Position numbers and translations under genes: made by a program
The notes under the pieces: model-generated
The model's database searches: none
Seen by the model: only the letters and a program-made list of their open reading frames with translations
Told to the model about the DNA's origin: nothing
From: Calditrichota bacterium
GTDB lineage: Bacteria > Zhuqueibacterota > Zhuqueibacteria > Residuimicrobiales > Krinioviventaceae
NCBI GenBank assembly: GCA_003818595.1
Contig: RPQV01000004.1
Coordinates: 1 to 34,531, forward strand
Reading direction: 5' to 3'
Length of the DNA: 34,531 bases
Shown here: positions 17,861 through 27,474 of the stretch, piece after piece
How the letters are laid out: every line of letters starts with the position of its first letter
Numbering within the stretch: position 1 is the first letter of the stretch

Positions 17861-18826
17861 ATGCAGCCAAGATCTCTCGTCACAGGCGGCGCCGGCTTTT
17901 TGGGTTCACATTTGTGCGAGTATTTGCTGAATAAGGGTCATCACGTCATCGCAATGGATAATTTGCTCACCGGTACGATTGCCAATATTGAACACCTCCA
18001 AGGGGATTATTTTCAATTCATCAAGCATGATGTTACCGAGTATATTTTTATCGCCGGCAATATCGATTATGTATGGCATTTTGCCTCTCCGGCAAGTCCA
18101 CTAGATTATCTGCAGTTGCCTATCCATACACTCAAGGTGGGGGCAATCGGCACTCATAAAGCCCTTGGATTGGCGCTGGAAAAAAAAGCAGCCTTTTTAT
18201 TGGCATCGACTTCAGAAGTGTACGGTGATCCGCTCGAACATCCGCAAACTGAAAGCTATTGGGGCAATGTCAATCCTGTTGGACCCCGAGGCGTTTATGA
18301 TGAAGCGAAACGTTTTGCCGAGGCGATGACCATGGCTTATCATCGCTACAACCATGTCGACGCAAAAATTGTAAGAATTTTCAATACCTATGGTCCGCGT
18401 ATGCGCCCCAATGATGGTCGTGCTATTCCAACCTTTATCCCTCAGGCACTTCGAAATGAACCCATAACACTCTTTGGAAACGGATCGCAGACACGCAGTT
18501 TTTGTTTTGTCGATGACCTGATTGAAGGAATCTATCGTTTGATGCTATCAGATTATCATGAGCCGGTAAATATCGGCAATCCTCATGAAATGACAATTCG
18601 TGAAATGGCCGAGCTGGTCATTCTCCTCTCAAGCAGCAAGAGCATTCTGGTGGAAAAAGAACTTCCGGAAAATGATCCCAAGATCAGACAGCCCGATACG
18701 ACTTTGGCCAAACGATTACTGGATTGGGAAGCTAAAGTCCCTATTGAAGAAGGTCTAAAACGAACTATCGATTATTATCGCAACTTGTTCCAAATAAAAA
18801 CAATTGAACAAAAATCGGCTTTATGA
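17861..18826 (+). CDS. UDP-glucuronic acid decarboxylase (UXS-like extended SDR)
   Basis: [66 protein letters not shown] before ATG 17861. Confidence 0.93.
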   Translation: MQPRSLVTGGAGFLGSHLCEYLLNKGHHVIAMDNLLTGTIANIEHLQGDYFQFIKHDVTEYIFIAGNIDYVWHFASPASPLDYLQLPIHTLKVGAIGTHKALGLALEKKAAFLLASTSEVYGDPLEHPQTESYWGNVNPVGPRGVYDEAKRFAEAMTMAYHRYNHVDAKIVRIFNTYGPRMRPNDGRAIPTFIPQALRNEPITLFGNGSQTRSFCFVDDLIEGIYRLMLSDYHEPVNIGNPHEMTIREMAELVILLSSSKSILVEKELPENDPKIRQPDTTLAKRLLDWEAKVPIEEGLKRTIDYYRNLFQIKTIEQKSAL

Positions 18827-19893
18827 GCATTCTCTCTTTCAAGCGGACGCCGTTCGAAAGGTCTCCCCGCAGTTTTATCATCCTGCGGTTGAGTTCAATG
18901 GGTGACATACTGCTCAGCAGCCCCCTCGTTCGCATTTTACGACACCGATTTCCGCAAGCGCGCATTGATTTTCTTCTGAAATCCCAATTCGCCGACCTTT
19001 ATGCGGCAAATCCTCATTTGAACCATTTGCTGACCCTCGACGCATCCAAAGGCCGAGCCGAACTCTCAGCCCTCCGCTCGAAAATTCGCAGTGTCGGCTA
19101 TGATGTGGTTATCGACATTCATAATAATTTTCGCAGCACTTTTCTACGTCGAGCAGCCGGTGCAAAATTGTTCATTGTGCGCAAATATAAATGGCAACGC
19201 TTTTTACTGATAAAACTGGGCATCAATACCTATCGGGAAATAGTACCGGTATATCAGCGATATCTTCGCGCTGCGGCCGATCTGCAGTTGGAGGATGACG
19301 GGCTGGGATTGGAATTTTTTATCCCTGCCGAACAACAAAACCAAGTAGCTGAACTTCTTCGTTCCATGGGGCTGAAATCCAACAGCCTGATCATCGCTAT
19401 GGCGCCGGGCGCGGGTTTTTTCACCAAACGATGGCCGATTGAAAACTTTCTCGAACTGGCAAAATTATGCATTGAGCGAAATAACGCGCAAATTCTTCTC
19501 TTGGGGAATGAAAAAGAGAAATCCATATGTCGCTTCATCCAGCAGACATTAGGAAGCCATATCATTAATTTGACCGGGGAACTCTCCCTTTTACAATCCG
19601 CTGTAGCCATTCAGAACAGCCATCTCCTGATCAGCAATGATACCGGTCTAATGCACATGGCCACAGCGATTAAAAAGCCTGTTGTGGCGATTTTTGGTTC
19701 CACCAGTCGAGAATTAGGATTTTTTCCCATTGGCAGTGCAGTTTCGATCATCGAAAACAAAGCGTTATCCTGTCGTCCATGCACTCATATTGGTCGCGAA
19801 ACTTGTCCCAAAAAGCATTTTCGCTGCATGACAGCAATTACACCGGGAATGGTGTTCGATGTTGTTCAGCGAATGATTCCCCAGAATCTTTGA
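18823..19893 (+). CDS. waaF: LPS heptosyltransferase II-like, GT9
   Basis: [35 protein letters not shown]-terminal CRPC...CP..HFRCM. Confidence 0.85.
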   Translation: MSILSFKRTPFERSPRSFIILRLSSMGDILLSSPLVRILRHRFPQARIDFLLKSQFADLYAANPHLNHLLTLDASKGRAELSALRSKIRSVGYDVVIDIHNNFRSTFLRRAAGAKLFIVRKYKWQRFLLIKLGINTYREIVPVYQRYLRAAADLQLEDDGLGLEFFIPAEQQNQVAELLRSMGLKSNSLIIAMAPGAGFFTKRWPIENFLELAKLCIERNNAQILLLGNEKEKSICRFIQQTLGSHIINLTGELSLLQSAVAIQNSHLLISNDTGLMHMATAIKKPVVAIFGSTSRELGFFPIGSAVSIIENKALSCRPCTHIGRETCPKKHFRCMTAITPGMVFDVVQRMIPQNL

Positions 19894-19894
19894 C

Positions 19895-19923
19895 TTGATA
19901 AAAAGTAATAAACTGTGTATATT
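19895..19923 (+). promoter_or_regulatory. sigma70-type promoter for rsfS-argS
   Basis: TTGATA-N17-TATATT. Confidence 0.6.
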
Positions 19924-19965
19924 TAAATAGTTAAATAATCACCTTTCAACATAATAGGTAAAACT

Positions 19966-20340
19966 TTGATATCAAAGGAATTGGCCTTCACCATTGCTCG
20001 CCTGATTCTCGATAAAAAAGGAAGTAAAATTATCATTCAGGATTTGAGCAAATTGACGACAATGACTGACTATTTTGTAATTTGTACGGTCGATGCTGAT
20101 GTTCACGCCAGGGCGGTCATGGATCATATCAAGGAACAGTTATTCCTGCTGAATATAAAACCATGGCACACGGAGGGAGTGTCGAACAGCAGTTGGATTC
20201 TTCTCGATTTTGTTGATGTCGTCGTCCATATTTTCAAAGATGAAACTCGTGCCTATTACAATCTGGAACGGTTATGGGGTGATGCAGAAACGCAAGAGAT
20301 CAAGGATGAACATGACGCCACACCAGCATATACAAAATAG
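19966..20340 (+). CDS. rsfS: Ribosome silencing factor
   Basis: DKKG, TDYFVICT, WILLDFVDVVVHIF, YYNLERLWGDA. TTG start. Confidence 0.95.
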   Translation: MISKELAFTIARLILDKKGSKIIIQDLSKLTTMTDYFVICTVDADVHARAVMDHIKEQLFLLNIKPWHTEGVSNSSWILLDFVDVVVHIFKDETRAYYNLERLWGDAETQEIKDEHDATPAYTK

Positions 20341-21964
20341 AATCGCACAAGCTTTGGTCAAGCTTGGTTTTGATATTAGTGACGAAAAACTGCTGATCCT
20401 GGAAAAACGTAAACTGGAAAATTTTGGAGATATTGCGACTACGGTTGCTTTGTCCCTCGCGAAATCAGCACAAAGACCTCCGCGAGAGATCGCCCAGCAA
20501 ATTGTTGATGCGTTCGAGATAGAACCATCGATCATTGAACGCATTGAAATAGCCGGTCCGGGTTTTATTAATTTTTACCTCTCGCCTTCTTGTCTCCAGC
20601 AATCTGTTATCGATATAATACGCAGCGCCGAGCAGTATGGCAGAAGCAATAAAGGTGACAACAAACGCGTCCAATTAGAGTTTGTCAGTGCAAATCCAAC
20701 CGGACCGCTGAATATTGTCAGCGCCCGAGCGGCTAGCGTCGGCGACGTCTTGGTCAACCTGCTCAACATGTGCGGTTATCAGGCACAAAGGGAATTCTAT
20801 GTAAATGATGCCGGCCGTCAAATAGAACTACTGGGCGAGTCTCTGGCTGCTCAATATCTGACGGAACTCGGCCAACCGACACCGATTCCTCAAGAAGGAT
20901 ATCATGGAGAATATTTGCGTGAGCTTGCCCGAATGCTCATTTCTGCCGAAGGCGACGTCTACTTGCACCTTTCAACAGCTGAACGAAATAGACAGTTTGC
21001 TCAAAAAGCTTTACTCTATATGCTCAACCGGCATCAACAGACCATGGAGCACTTTGGCGTTCATTTTGATGTTTGGTTCAAGGAGAGTCGCTTAAGAGAA
21101 ACGAACGAACATTTGGCTGTTTTACAAAGACTCGAGATTTCAGGTCATACATATGAGCAGGATGGCGCCATCTGGTTCAAATCCAGTGCTTTTGGTGATG
21201 AGAAAGATCGAGTCCTGTTAACCAACGATGGACGTCCCACCTACTTTTTGGTCGATATCGCTTATCATGAAAATAAATTTGAGCGTGGATTTGAGCAGGT
21301 GATTGATTTTTGGGGTCCTGATCATCATGGATATATCGCGCGCATGAGCGCAGCGTTGCAGGCTCTTGGCCATCCCAAGGATGCATTTCAAGTTTGCATC
21401 ATTCAGCAGGTCAATTTATTACGGAATGGACAGCCGGTCAAAATGAGTAAACGCGCGGGCGAAATCATAGAAATGGATGAATTGGTTGCAGAAGTTGGCG
21501 TCGATGTCACCCGATTCTTTTTTATTGACCGACGAACTTCACAACCAATGGATTTTGACATTGAAATTGCAAAAAAACAATCTGATGATAATCCTTCCTA
21601 CTATGTTCAGTATGCCCATGCGCGCATTTGCAGCGTTTTAAGGCATGCTGAAGAACATGGATTTCATCTTGACCAGCTCAAGTCGACGCAGTTTCTGACA
21701 GAAGCGGCAGCTCTTGCCGTTGCAAAAAAGCTGTTGGATTTTCCCGAGGTCATCATCAAGGCAGCAGAGTCTTTAGAACCGCATCGTTTGACGGGTTATC
21801 TTGTCGAAACAGCAACCTTGTATCATAAATTTTACCACGAATTGCAGATCGTAACGGACGAACAGTCAATCACAGAATCGCGCCTGCTGTTGTGCCTAGC
21901 TACCCGTCAGGTATTGGCCAACGGTTTGCAATTATTGAGAATTTCTGCACCCACAAGGATGTAA
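20312..21964 (+). CDS. argS: Arginine--tRNA ligase
   Basis: IAGPGFINF, EFVSANPTGP, YVNDAGRQ, WGPDHHGY, KMSKRAG, YYVQYAHARICS. Start moved to ATG 20312 (AAGGA RBS; ATG 20306 is an alternative). Confidence 0.96.
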   Translation: MTPHQHIQNRIAQALVKLGFDISDEKLLILEKRKLENFGDIATTVALSLAKSAQRPPREIAQQIVDAFEIEPSIIERIEIAGPGFINFYLSPSCLQQSVIDIIRSAEQYGRSNKGDNKRVQLEFVSANPTGPLNIVSARAASVGDVLVNLLNMCGYQAQREFYVNDAGRQIELLGESLAAQYLTELGQPTPIPQEGYHGEYLRELARMLISAEGDVYLHLSTAERNRQFAQKALLYMLNRHQQTMEHFGVHFDVWFKESRLRETNEHLAVLQRLEISGHTYEQDGAIWFKSSAFGDEKDRVLLTNDGRPTYFLVDIAYHENKFERGFEQVIDFWGPDHHGYIARMSAALQALGHPKDAFQVCIIQQVNLLRNGQPVKMSKRAGEIIEMDELVAEVGVDVTRFFFIDRRTSQPMDFDIEIAKKQSDDNPSYYVQYAHARICSVLRHAEEHGFHLDQLKSTQFLTEAAALAVAKKLLDFPEVIIKAAESLEPHRLTGYLVETATLYHKFYHELQIVTDEQSITESRLLLCLATRQVLANGLQLLRISAPTRM

Positions 21965-22021
21965 TCCGGTTGCATCCAGTCGCCAAAATATCAAACTGAT
22001 CATTGAACTAAAGGATAATAC

Positions 22022-22948
22022 ATGGGTCTATTGGTTGTTGGGTCTGTGGCGTATGATGCCATCGAAACACCTTTCGCGAAAACTGAAAAAGCTCTGGGGG
22101 GTTCAGCGATGTTTTTTTCTGCCGCTGCCGGATATTTCGCACCGGTTCATCTAGTCGGCGTTGTTGGTAATGATTTTGACTTTGACGAGCTCGCATTTCT
22201 ACGGAAAAACAACATCGATTTTGAAGGTCTCACCATCGAAAATGGAGAGACTTTTCGCTGGGCGGGTAGATACCTGAACAATATGATCGATCGGGAGACC
22301 ATTTATACGCACCTGGGTGTTTTTGAATCATTCAATCCGCTCTTGCCGGAGAAATACAAAGAGAACGAATTCATTTTTCTCGCCAATATCCATCCCTCAT
22401 TACAATATTCAGTCCTGCAGCAAATTCATCGGCCAACCTTCATAGCCATGGACACCATGAATTTTTGGATTACCGGTGCTCTTGAGGATTTAAAAAAGAC
22501 CCTCCAACACGTTGACGCGCTCATCATCAATGACTCGGAAGTGCGGTTGCTGTCACAGGAACACAATCTGTTCACCGGCGCGCGTAAAATTCAAAGTATG
22601 GGACCTCAGGTGCTTATCATCAAAAAAGGAGAACATGGCGCCATATTAATTCAAGGAGATTCATATTTTGCCTGCCCCGCATTACCCATTGAAAACCTCT
22701 TTGATCCGACAGGCGCCGGTGACACCTTTGCCGGTGGATTCATGGGATATTTGGCTGAATGTGGTTCGGTGAATGAGACAAATCTGCGGCGCGCAGTTGC
22801 GATGGGCGCGGTCATGGCCTCATTCTGTGTTGAGCGTTTTAGTGCTGAGAGACTGAAAAACTTGACAATAGAAGAAATTCGCCAACGTGCAGCACAACTG
22901 CTTCGCATGATTCAAGTGGAAGGAGACGACCACTGGCTTCACCTGTAA
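22022..22948 (+). CDS. PfkB-family carbohydrate/nucleoside kinase
   Basis: VVGSVAYD, LGGSA, KKGEHGA, DPTGAGDTFAGGF. Confidence 0.94.
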   Translation: MGLLVVGSVAYDAIETPFAKTEKALGGSAMFFSAAAGYFAPVHLVGVVGNDFDFDELAFLRKNNIDFEGLTIENGETFRWAGRYLNNMIDRETIYTHLGVFESFNPLLPEKYKENEFIFLANIHPSLQYSVLQQIHRPTFIAMDTMNFWITGALEDLKKTLQHVDALIINDSEVRLLSQEHNLFTGARKIQSMGPQVLIIKKGEHGAILIQGDSYFACPALPIENLFDPTGAGDTFAGGFMGYLAECGSVNETNLRRAVAMGAVMASFCVERFSAERLKNLTIEEIRQRAAQLLRMIQVEGDDHWLHL

Positions 22949-23003
22949 TAGTAATAGCTGTCATACTGTTGATATCCACTGGCGCGATACTTCGAATTGA
23001 GTT

Positions 23004-23783
23004 ATGATCCAAGTTGATCACATCTATTTTAGATATCACAGTGAAGACAATTCTCCAATTAACATCCTGAATGATGTTTCCTTGGAGATACGCGCGGGCG
23101 AACGCATTGCGATAATGGGGCGAAATGGTTCAGGGAAAACCACTTTTGCACGTTGCCTTAATGGATTGTTGTTGCCATCAAGCGGCGTGGTCCGAGTTGA
23201 TGGCTTGACAACCAGCGAAGCTAAGAATCTGGCCGATATCAGAAGACATGTCGGAATGGTGTTTCAAAATCCCGACAATCAAATTGTCTCTGCCACCGTC
23301 GAACGAGAAGTTGCCTTTGGATTGGAAAATTTGGGGGTTCCCTTTGAGGAAATGCATGAAATCGTTGAACGCATGCTGTTCATCTTTAATCTGGAGAAAT
23401 TGCGCAAACAACCGCCGCACCAACTTTCGGGCGGCGAGAAACAGCGACTCGCGCTGGCTTCCGTCATGGCAATGCATCCAAAGTATCTTGTTTTGGATGA
23501 ACCCACATCTTTGCTGGACCCTAAAAGCCGGCGGGAAGTTCTGGAAAGAATTTCCACTTTGCCTCAAGATACGGAAAACCCTGTCGCTACGCTACTCATC
23601 ACTCAATTCCCCGAAGAAGCATTGTATGCAAATCGACTGATCGTTTTTCATCAAGGGAAAATAATTATGGACGACGCACCGGACGAACTGTTTTCACGCC
23701 ATAAAGAACTGGAGGCCTATGGTTTGGAAGTTCCGGTTAAATTTCAAATTGCTGAATTCATAATAAAATATTTACAAAGTTGA
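23004..23783 (+). CDS. ecfA: ECF transporter ATPase (EcfA/CbiO family)
   Basis: GRNGSGKT, VFQNPDNQIV, EVAFGLEN, LSGGEKQR, VLDEPTSLLDP. Confidence 0.92.
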   Translation: MIQVDHIYFRYHSEDNSPINILNDVSLEIRAGERIAIMGRNGSGKTTFARCLNGLLLPSSGVVRVDGLTTSEAKNLADIRRHVGMVFQNPDNQIVSATVEREVAFGLENLGVPFEEMHEIVERMLFIFNLEKLRKQPPHQLSGGEKQRLALASVMAMHPKYLVLDEPTSLLDPKSRREVLERISTLPQDTENPVATLLITQFPEEALYANRLIVFHQGKIIMDDAPDELFSRHKELEAYGLEVPVKFQIAEFIIKYLQS

Positions 23784-23808
23784 CATTGGGTGAATATTCG
23801 CCTATATT
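23780..23808 (+). promoter_or_regulatory. sigma70-type promoter for the hybrid kinase
   Basis: TTGACA-N17-TATATT. Confidence 0.7.
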
Positions 23809-23856
23809 TAGATACCAGCGTTCGGCGTCTGAGAAAACATGCCGGGATAACAGTTC

Positions 23857-26499
23857 ATGAGCCAATCGATGCAAGCACTTGTCTCTATCGAAATTTTAGA
23901 AGGGGTTCAACAAAATTTCATCCATCAGCATGGAGTGGGATTAAGTTTTTTTGATGAAAATCTGAAAGTTCTGACACGACATAATCTTAATCTACCGGCC
24001 TTGAAACACATTGAACCACGCCAGCAAAAGTTATTTCGTTTGTTTTTCAATCTGGAGAAAATGGATACATCCTTTTCCGCCAATCACCCGCGTCCCATTC
24101 ATCGTACTTTTTGCAAGGGACTCATTTTGCGCAGTATCGTTCCGCTGGTTTTCAAAGGAAAAATCCTCGGATACGGGTGTCTGCTGAGCTTCTCTCGAGA
24201 GATTGATTCGCTTAAAGATCAATCACTGTTAAGCAATTTAGAAATGATTGAAGACATGCCCGGACGCACCAATGAAATGCTGGATGTCCAGCCCCCTGAA
24301 CAATCGGAAAAACTCTCCATCACCCTCAATATGTTGGCAAACACACTTTATTTATTTTTTGAAGCCGGGCATGCACGCAAAAATCTACTCGAAGAGGAAA
24401 CCGATACCGCCGTAAATGACCAAGCCAAAGCGCTGGAGAGCAAAAACAATGAATTTGAGCAATCTGATAAGACGCCGACTCATCCAAGCGCTACAAAAGG
24501 TCTATTTTTCTGCAGCACTGCCGGATACATTTTTGACGCCATGCCGAATGCGGCTGATCTATTGGGGTATGCGGATTCCAGCGAACTATGCGATCTCTCA
24601 TTGGCAGATGATCTCCTGGCTAATGAAGAGGATAAAAACCATTTACGGAATCTTTTGATCAGCCATAATCACGACAAGATGACCGCCGTATTGATTCGAA
24701 AAAATCGCTCGACACTTCTGGCAGAACTTGAATTGCTGCCGCAAAAGGATGAACATGTTACGCTGGGATATGAATGCCACATCACTCTCTTGACGTCGGT
24801 CGCGGGATCGGGCTTTATGGAGGCTGCAGAAGATCAGTCGGCGATTGGTCTGATTACTGACTATATGCAGCAGAAGGAATATGCTCCATCAGTCGCCGAT
24901 GATCTATTGAACTGGGGCGATGAAACAAGCAAATCTCACCAGACACCCGCCTTGGAACCAGAAGAATGGACTCCATCTGGTTTATCCGGCAATGATCAAC
25001 TCCCCTTAAAAAACTTTTCCCAGTTTCTTGATATTATTCCAATGCCTCTGTTTGTAATTGACAAATGGGATTCCATAAAAATGTGGAACAAGGCGATGGA
25101 AAAGCTGCTGCACATACCTGGGATGTCGGTCATTGATACCCGTATGCTGAATTTAATTGTCAGTAACAGCCATCCCATGTGGATGCGCTGGAAGGAAGAA
25201 CTTTATTCTCTGACTGAACAAACGAGTTTCGAACCCAAAGCTCTTCTCCCATTGATCAGAAAAGATGCCTCTATTCTCCTCGCACGCATCCAACTCCATC
25301 AAATGAAATTAGACGACCGAGATTACATTACGGTTGTGATCGAAAATATCGAAAATGAAGAATTTCATAATCGCATACCAATCGAAAATCGTCCGCCCAA
25401 AAATGATCAAGAGCAACAAGATGTTGATCTTCAATTGCTGCGCACGCATTTTAAGCATGTCAGACATCAATTTTCAGATATTTCAGAGAAACTCGGCGAT
25501 AATATATCCAAAATTTATGTCGAGAGTCTAAGGAATGATGATCTCAAGAAAAAATATGGAGCGCTGCGACGCGTTGCAGACCTCTGCGCTCAAATTGACC
25601 GACAATTATCATTTTTCACCGGTGAGATCAAGCCAACCTTAAAGCCCTCGGATATCAACCATATCATCAGCGAGATCGGCCTGAGACTACAGCAATTTTT
25701 GCCGATCAATATTGAACTTCAAACCTTTTTCGATCATCAATTGCCGCAAATGGTGATCGATTCGGATATGATTATTCATGCTTTGGGCGCCCTCTGCAAA
25801 AACGCCATCGAAGCCATGCCCAATGGCGGAACATTGACCCTGGCGACAAGCAGAGAAACATCCGGCGTGCAGATCAAAATAACCGACACGGGCATTGGTT
25901 TTGCTCAGCACCTTTCACGAAGGATATTTCATCCTTTCTTTACGACCAAAGGGCATATTTTCGGCAAAGGATTGGGTTTAAGTGCAGCTTGGGGTATTGC
26001 TTCTCTGCATCATGCTGAAATTAAAATTGACAGTCGCCCAAGCCACGGGACAACCGTCATCCTGCAATTGCCGAATTTAAAGCCGCAGGCACAAAAATCA
26101 AACGCGGTATCAGGAAAATCGTCCGCCACTATTCTCGTTGTTGACGATGCGGAAGACATCGCAGAGGCAACCATGATGACCCTGAATCGTGCCGGTTATA
26201 ACACGCTGATGTGCACTGATTGCGAGCAGGTTGAAAAGCTGTTGACCTCTCCCCAGCAAAGAATCGATTTGGTCATACTGGATTACCACTTGGGAAAAAT
26301 GACGGGACTTGCCTGCGCTTCAGAGATCCTCAAACGTCGGCCGAATATCAGTATCCTCTTCTACAGCGGCACCGACGAAAATCCTGAGCTTGTGGCCTTT
26401 ATATCAAATCATAATGCAGCACATATTCGAAAACCCTGCAAATCGCAGGATCTCATCAATGAAATAGAAAGGCTTCTCCAGAGGAGGTCATCCAATTAG
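23857..26499 (+). CDS. Cytoplasmic hybrid sensor histidine kinase (PocR-like, two PAS-like, atypical HisKA, HATPase, REC)
   Basis: CKNAIEAMPNGG, DTGIG, PFFTTK, GKGLGLS. REC domain: LVVDD, LVILD, KP. PAS-like segments near aa 215-310 and 390-500. No TM helix seen. Confidence 0.85.
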   Translation: MSQSMQALVSIEILEGVQQNFIHQHGVGLSFFDENLKVLTRHNLNLPALKHIEPRQQKLFRLFFNLEKMDTSFSANHPRPIHRTFCKGLILRSIVPLVFKGKILGYGCLLSFSREIDSLKDQSLLSNLEMIEDMPGRTNEMLDVQPPEQSEKLSITLNMLANTLYLFFEAGHARKNLLEEETDTAVNDQAKALESKNNEFEQSDKTPTHPSATKGLFFCSTAGYIFDAMPNAADLLGYADSSELCDLSLADDLLANEEDKNHLRNLLISHNHDKMTAVLIRKNRSTLLAELELLPQKDEHVTLGYECHITLLTSVAGSGFMEAAEDQSAIGLITDYMQQKEYAPSVADDLLNWGDETSKSHQTPALEPEEWTPSGLSGNDQLPLKNFSQFLDIIPMPLFVIDKWDSIKMWNKAMEKLLHIPGMSVIDTRMLNLIVSNSHPMWMRWKEELYSLTEQTSFEPKALLPLIRKDASILLARIQLHQMKLDDRDYITVVIENIENEEFHNRIPIENRPPKNDQEQQDVDLQLLRTHFKHVRHQFSDISEKLGDNISKIYVESLRNDDLKKKYGALRRVADLCAQIDRQLSFFTGEIKPTLKPSDINHIISEIGLRLQQFLPINIELQTFFDHQLPQMVIDSDMIIHALGALCKNAIEAMPNGGTLTLATSRETSGVQIKITDTGIGFAQHLSRRIFHPFFTTKGHIFGKGLGLSAAWGIASLHHAEIKIDSRPSHGTTVILQLPNLKPQAQKSNAVSGKSSATILVVDDAEDIAEATMMTLNRAGYNTLMCTDCEQVEKLLTSPQQRIDLVILDYHLGKMTGLACASEILKRRPNISILFYSGTDENPELVAFISNHNAAHIRKPCKSQDLINEIERLLQRRSSN

Positions 26500-26583
26500 G
26501 TCGTGAATAAAACTCTTTGAACACAAAATAGATTGACTCGCCGTCGAATAAACTCTGCTACCCCTTATTACTGTTTCAACCGA

Positions 26584-27474
26584 TTAAAGTCGACCTGAAA
26601 ATTCCTTGCCATAAAATGAGCTGAACGCAATCATTTTATAAAGCAGCTTCGCCGCCGCAAAAGGAGAATTCCGATCATTTGCGGATGTCGACAGCTCGAC
26701 CATATCAAAACCGATGACCTGCTTACAGGTGAATATTTTTTCCAACAAATCCATCATCTCATCCCAATAAAATCCTCCAGGTTCCGGTGTCCCGGTGGAG
26801 GCGACGACGCTCCAATCCATCGCATCAACATCAAATGTGAGATAAACAGGGTCCGGGAGTTTCGACAATGCGTCATCCAAAGGAAACAGGCGACGACGAT
26901 AATCATGCATGGTGCAGACCATCATCTGCTCTTTGCTGATGGTCTCCGCTTCTTCAATAGACATGCTGCGGATGCCGATTTGGAGAGTATGCGGCGTCAT
27001 CTCGCGAATACGCGCTAATACAGAAGCATGGCTATAGATGCTCTTTTCATATTGGTGGCGTAAATCACCATGAGCATCAATTTGGATACATGAGATTGAA
27101 CCGTACTTTTCGTAAAATGCCCGAAAAGCGCCGCTGCTGATTGAATGATCGCCACCGACTAAAACGGGTATTTTATGATGCTGCAGTATGTCATTTGTCT
27201 TTTCAAAGACAATTTGATGCATACGCGCATGATCCGTAGAAATGGGCGTCGGTTCTGCCGTTACTATACCGACTTGATGAGGGCAACATTTCAATACTTC
27301 ATCATAAAATTCCAAGTATTCAGAAGCGTCCAGGAGAGCATCAGGTGCTGATGCTGTGCCATGACCATATGACACCGCCCCTTCATATGGAACTGGTAAA
27401 ATGACATATTTTGCCCGTTCCCATTGGGCAAATTCATTTTCGCTGCCCAAAAATTGTCGATTATTCATCTTCAT
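26584..27474 (-). CDS. speB: Agmatinase / ureohydrolase
   Basis: VPYEGAVSYGHG, GGDHSIS, DAHGDLR, SHAS, GIRS, DVDAMD, TGTPEPGG, DMVEL. Confidence 0.93.
   Translation of the reverse strand: MKMNNRQFLGSENEFAQWERAKYVILPVPYEGAVSYGHGTASAPDALLDASEYLEFYDEVLKCCPHQVGIVTAEPTPISTDHARMHQIVFEKTNDILQHHKIPVLVGGDHSISSGAFRAFYEKYGSISCIQIDAHGDLRHQYEKSIYSHASVLARIREMTPHTLQIGIRSMSIEEAETISKEQMMVCTMHDYRRRLFPLDDALSKLPDPVYLTFDVDAMDWSVVASTGTPEPGGFYWDEMMDLLEKIFTCKQVIGFDMVELSTSANDRNSPFAAAKLLYKMIAFSSFYGKEFSGRL

Noticed and set aside
20210-20311. Extended ArgS N-terminus
   Set aside because: It would overlap the conserved rsfS core. A good RBS precedes ATG 20312.
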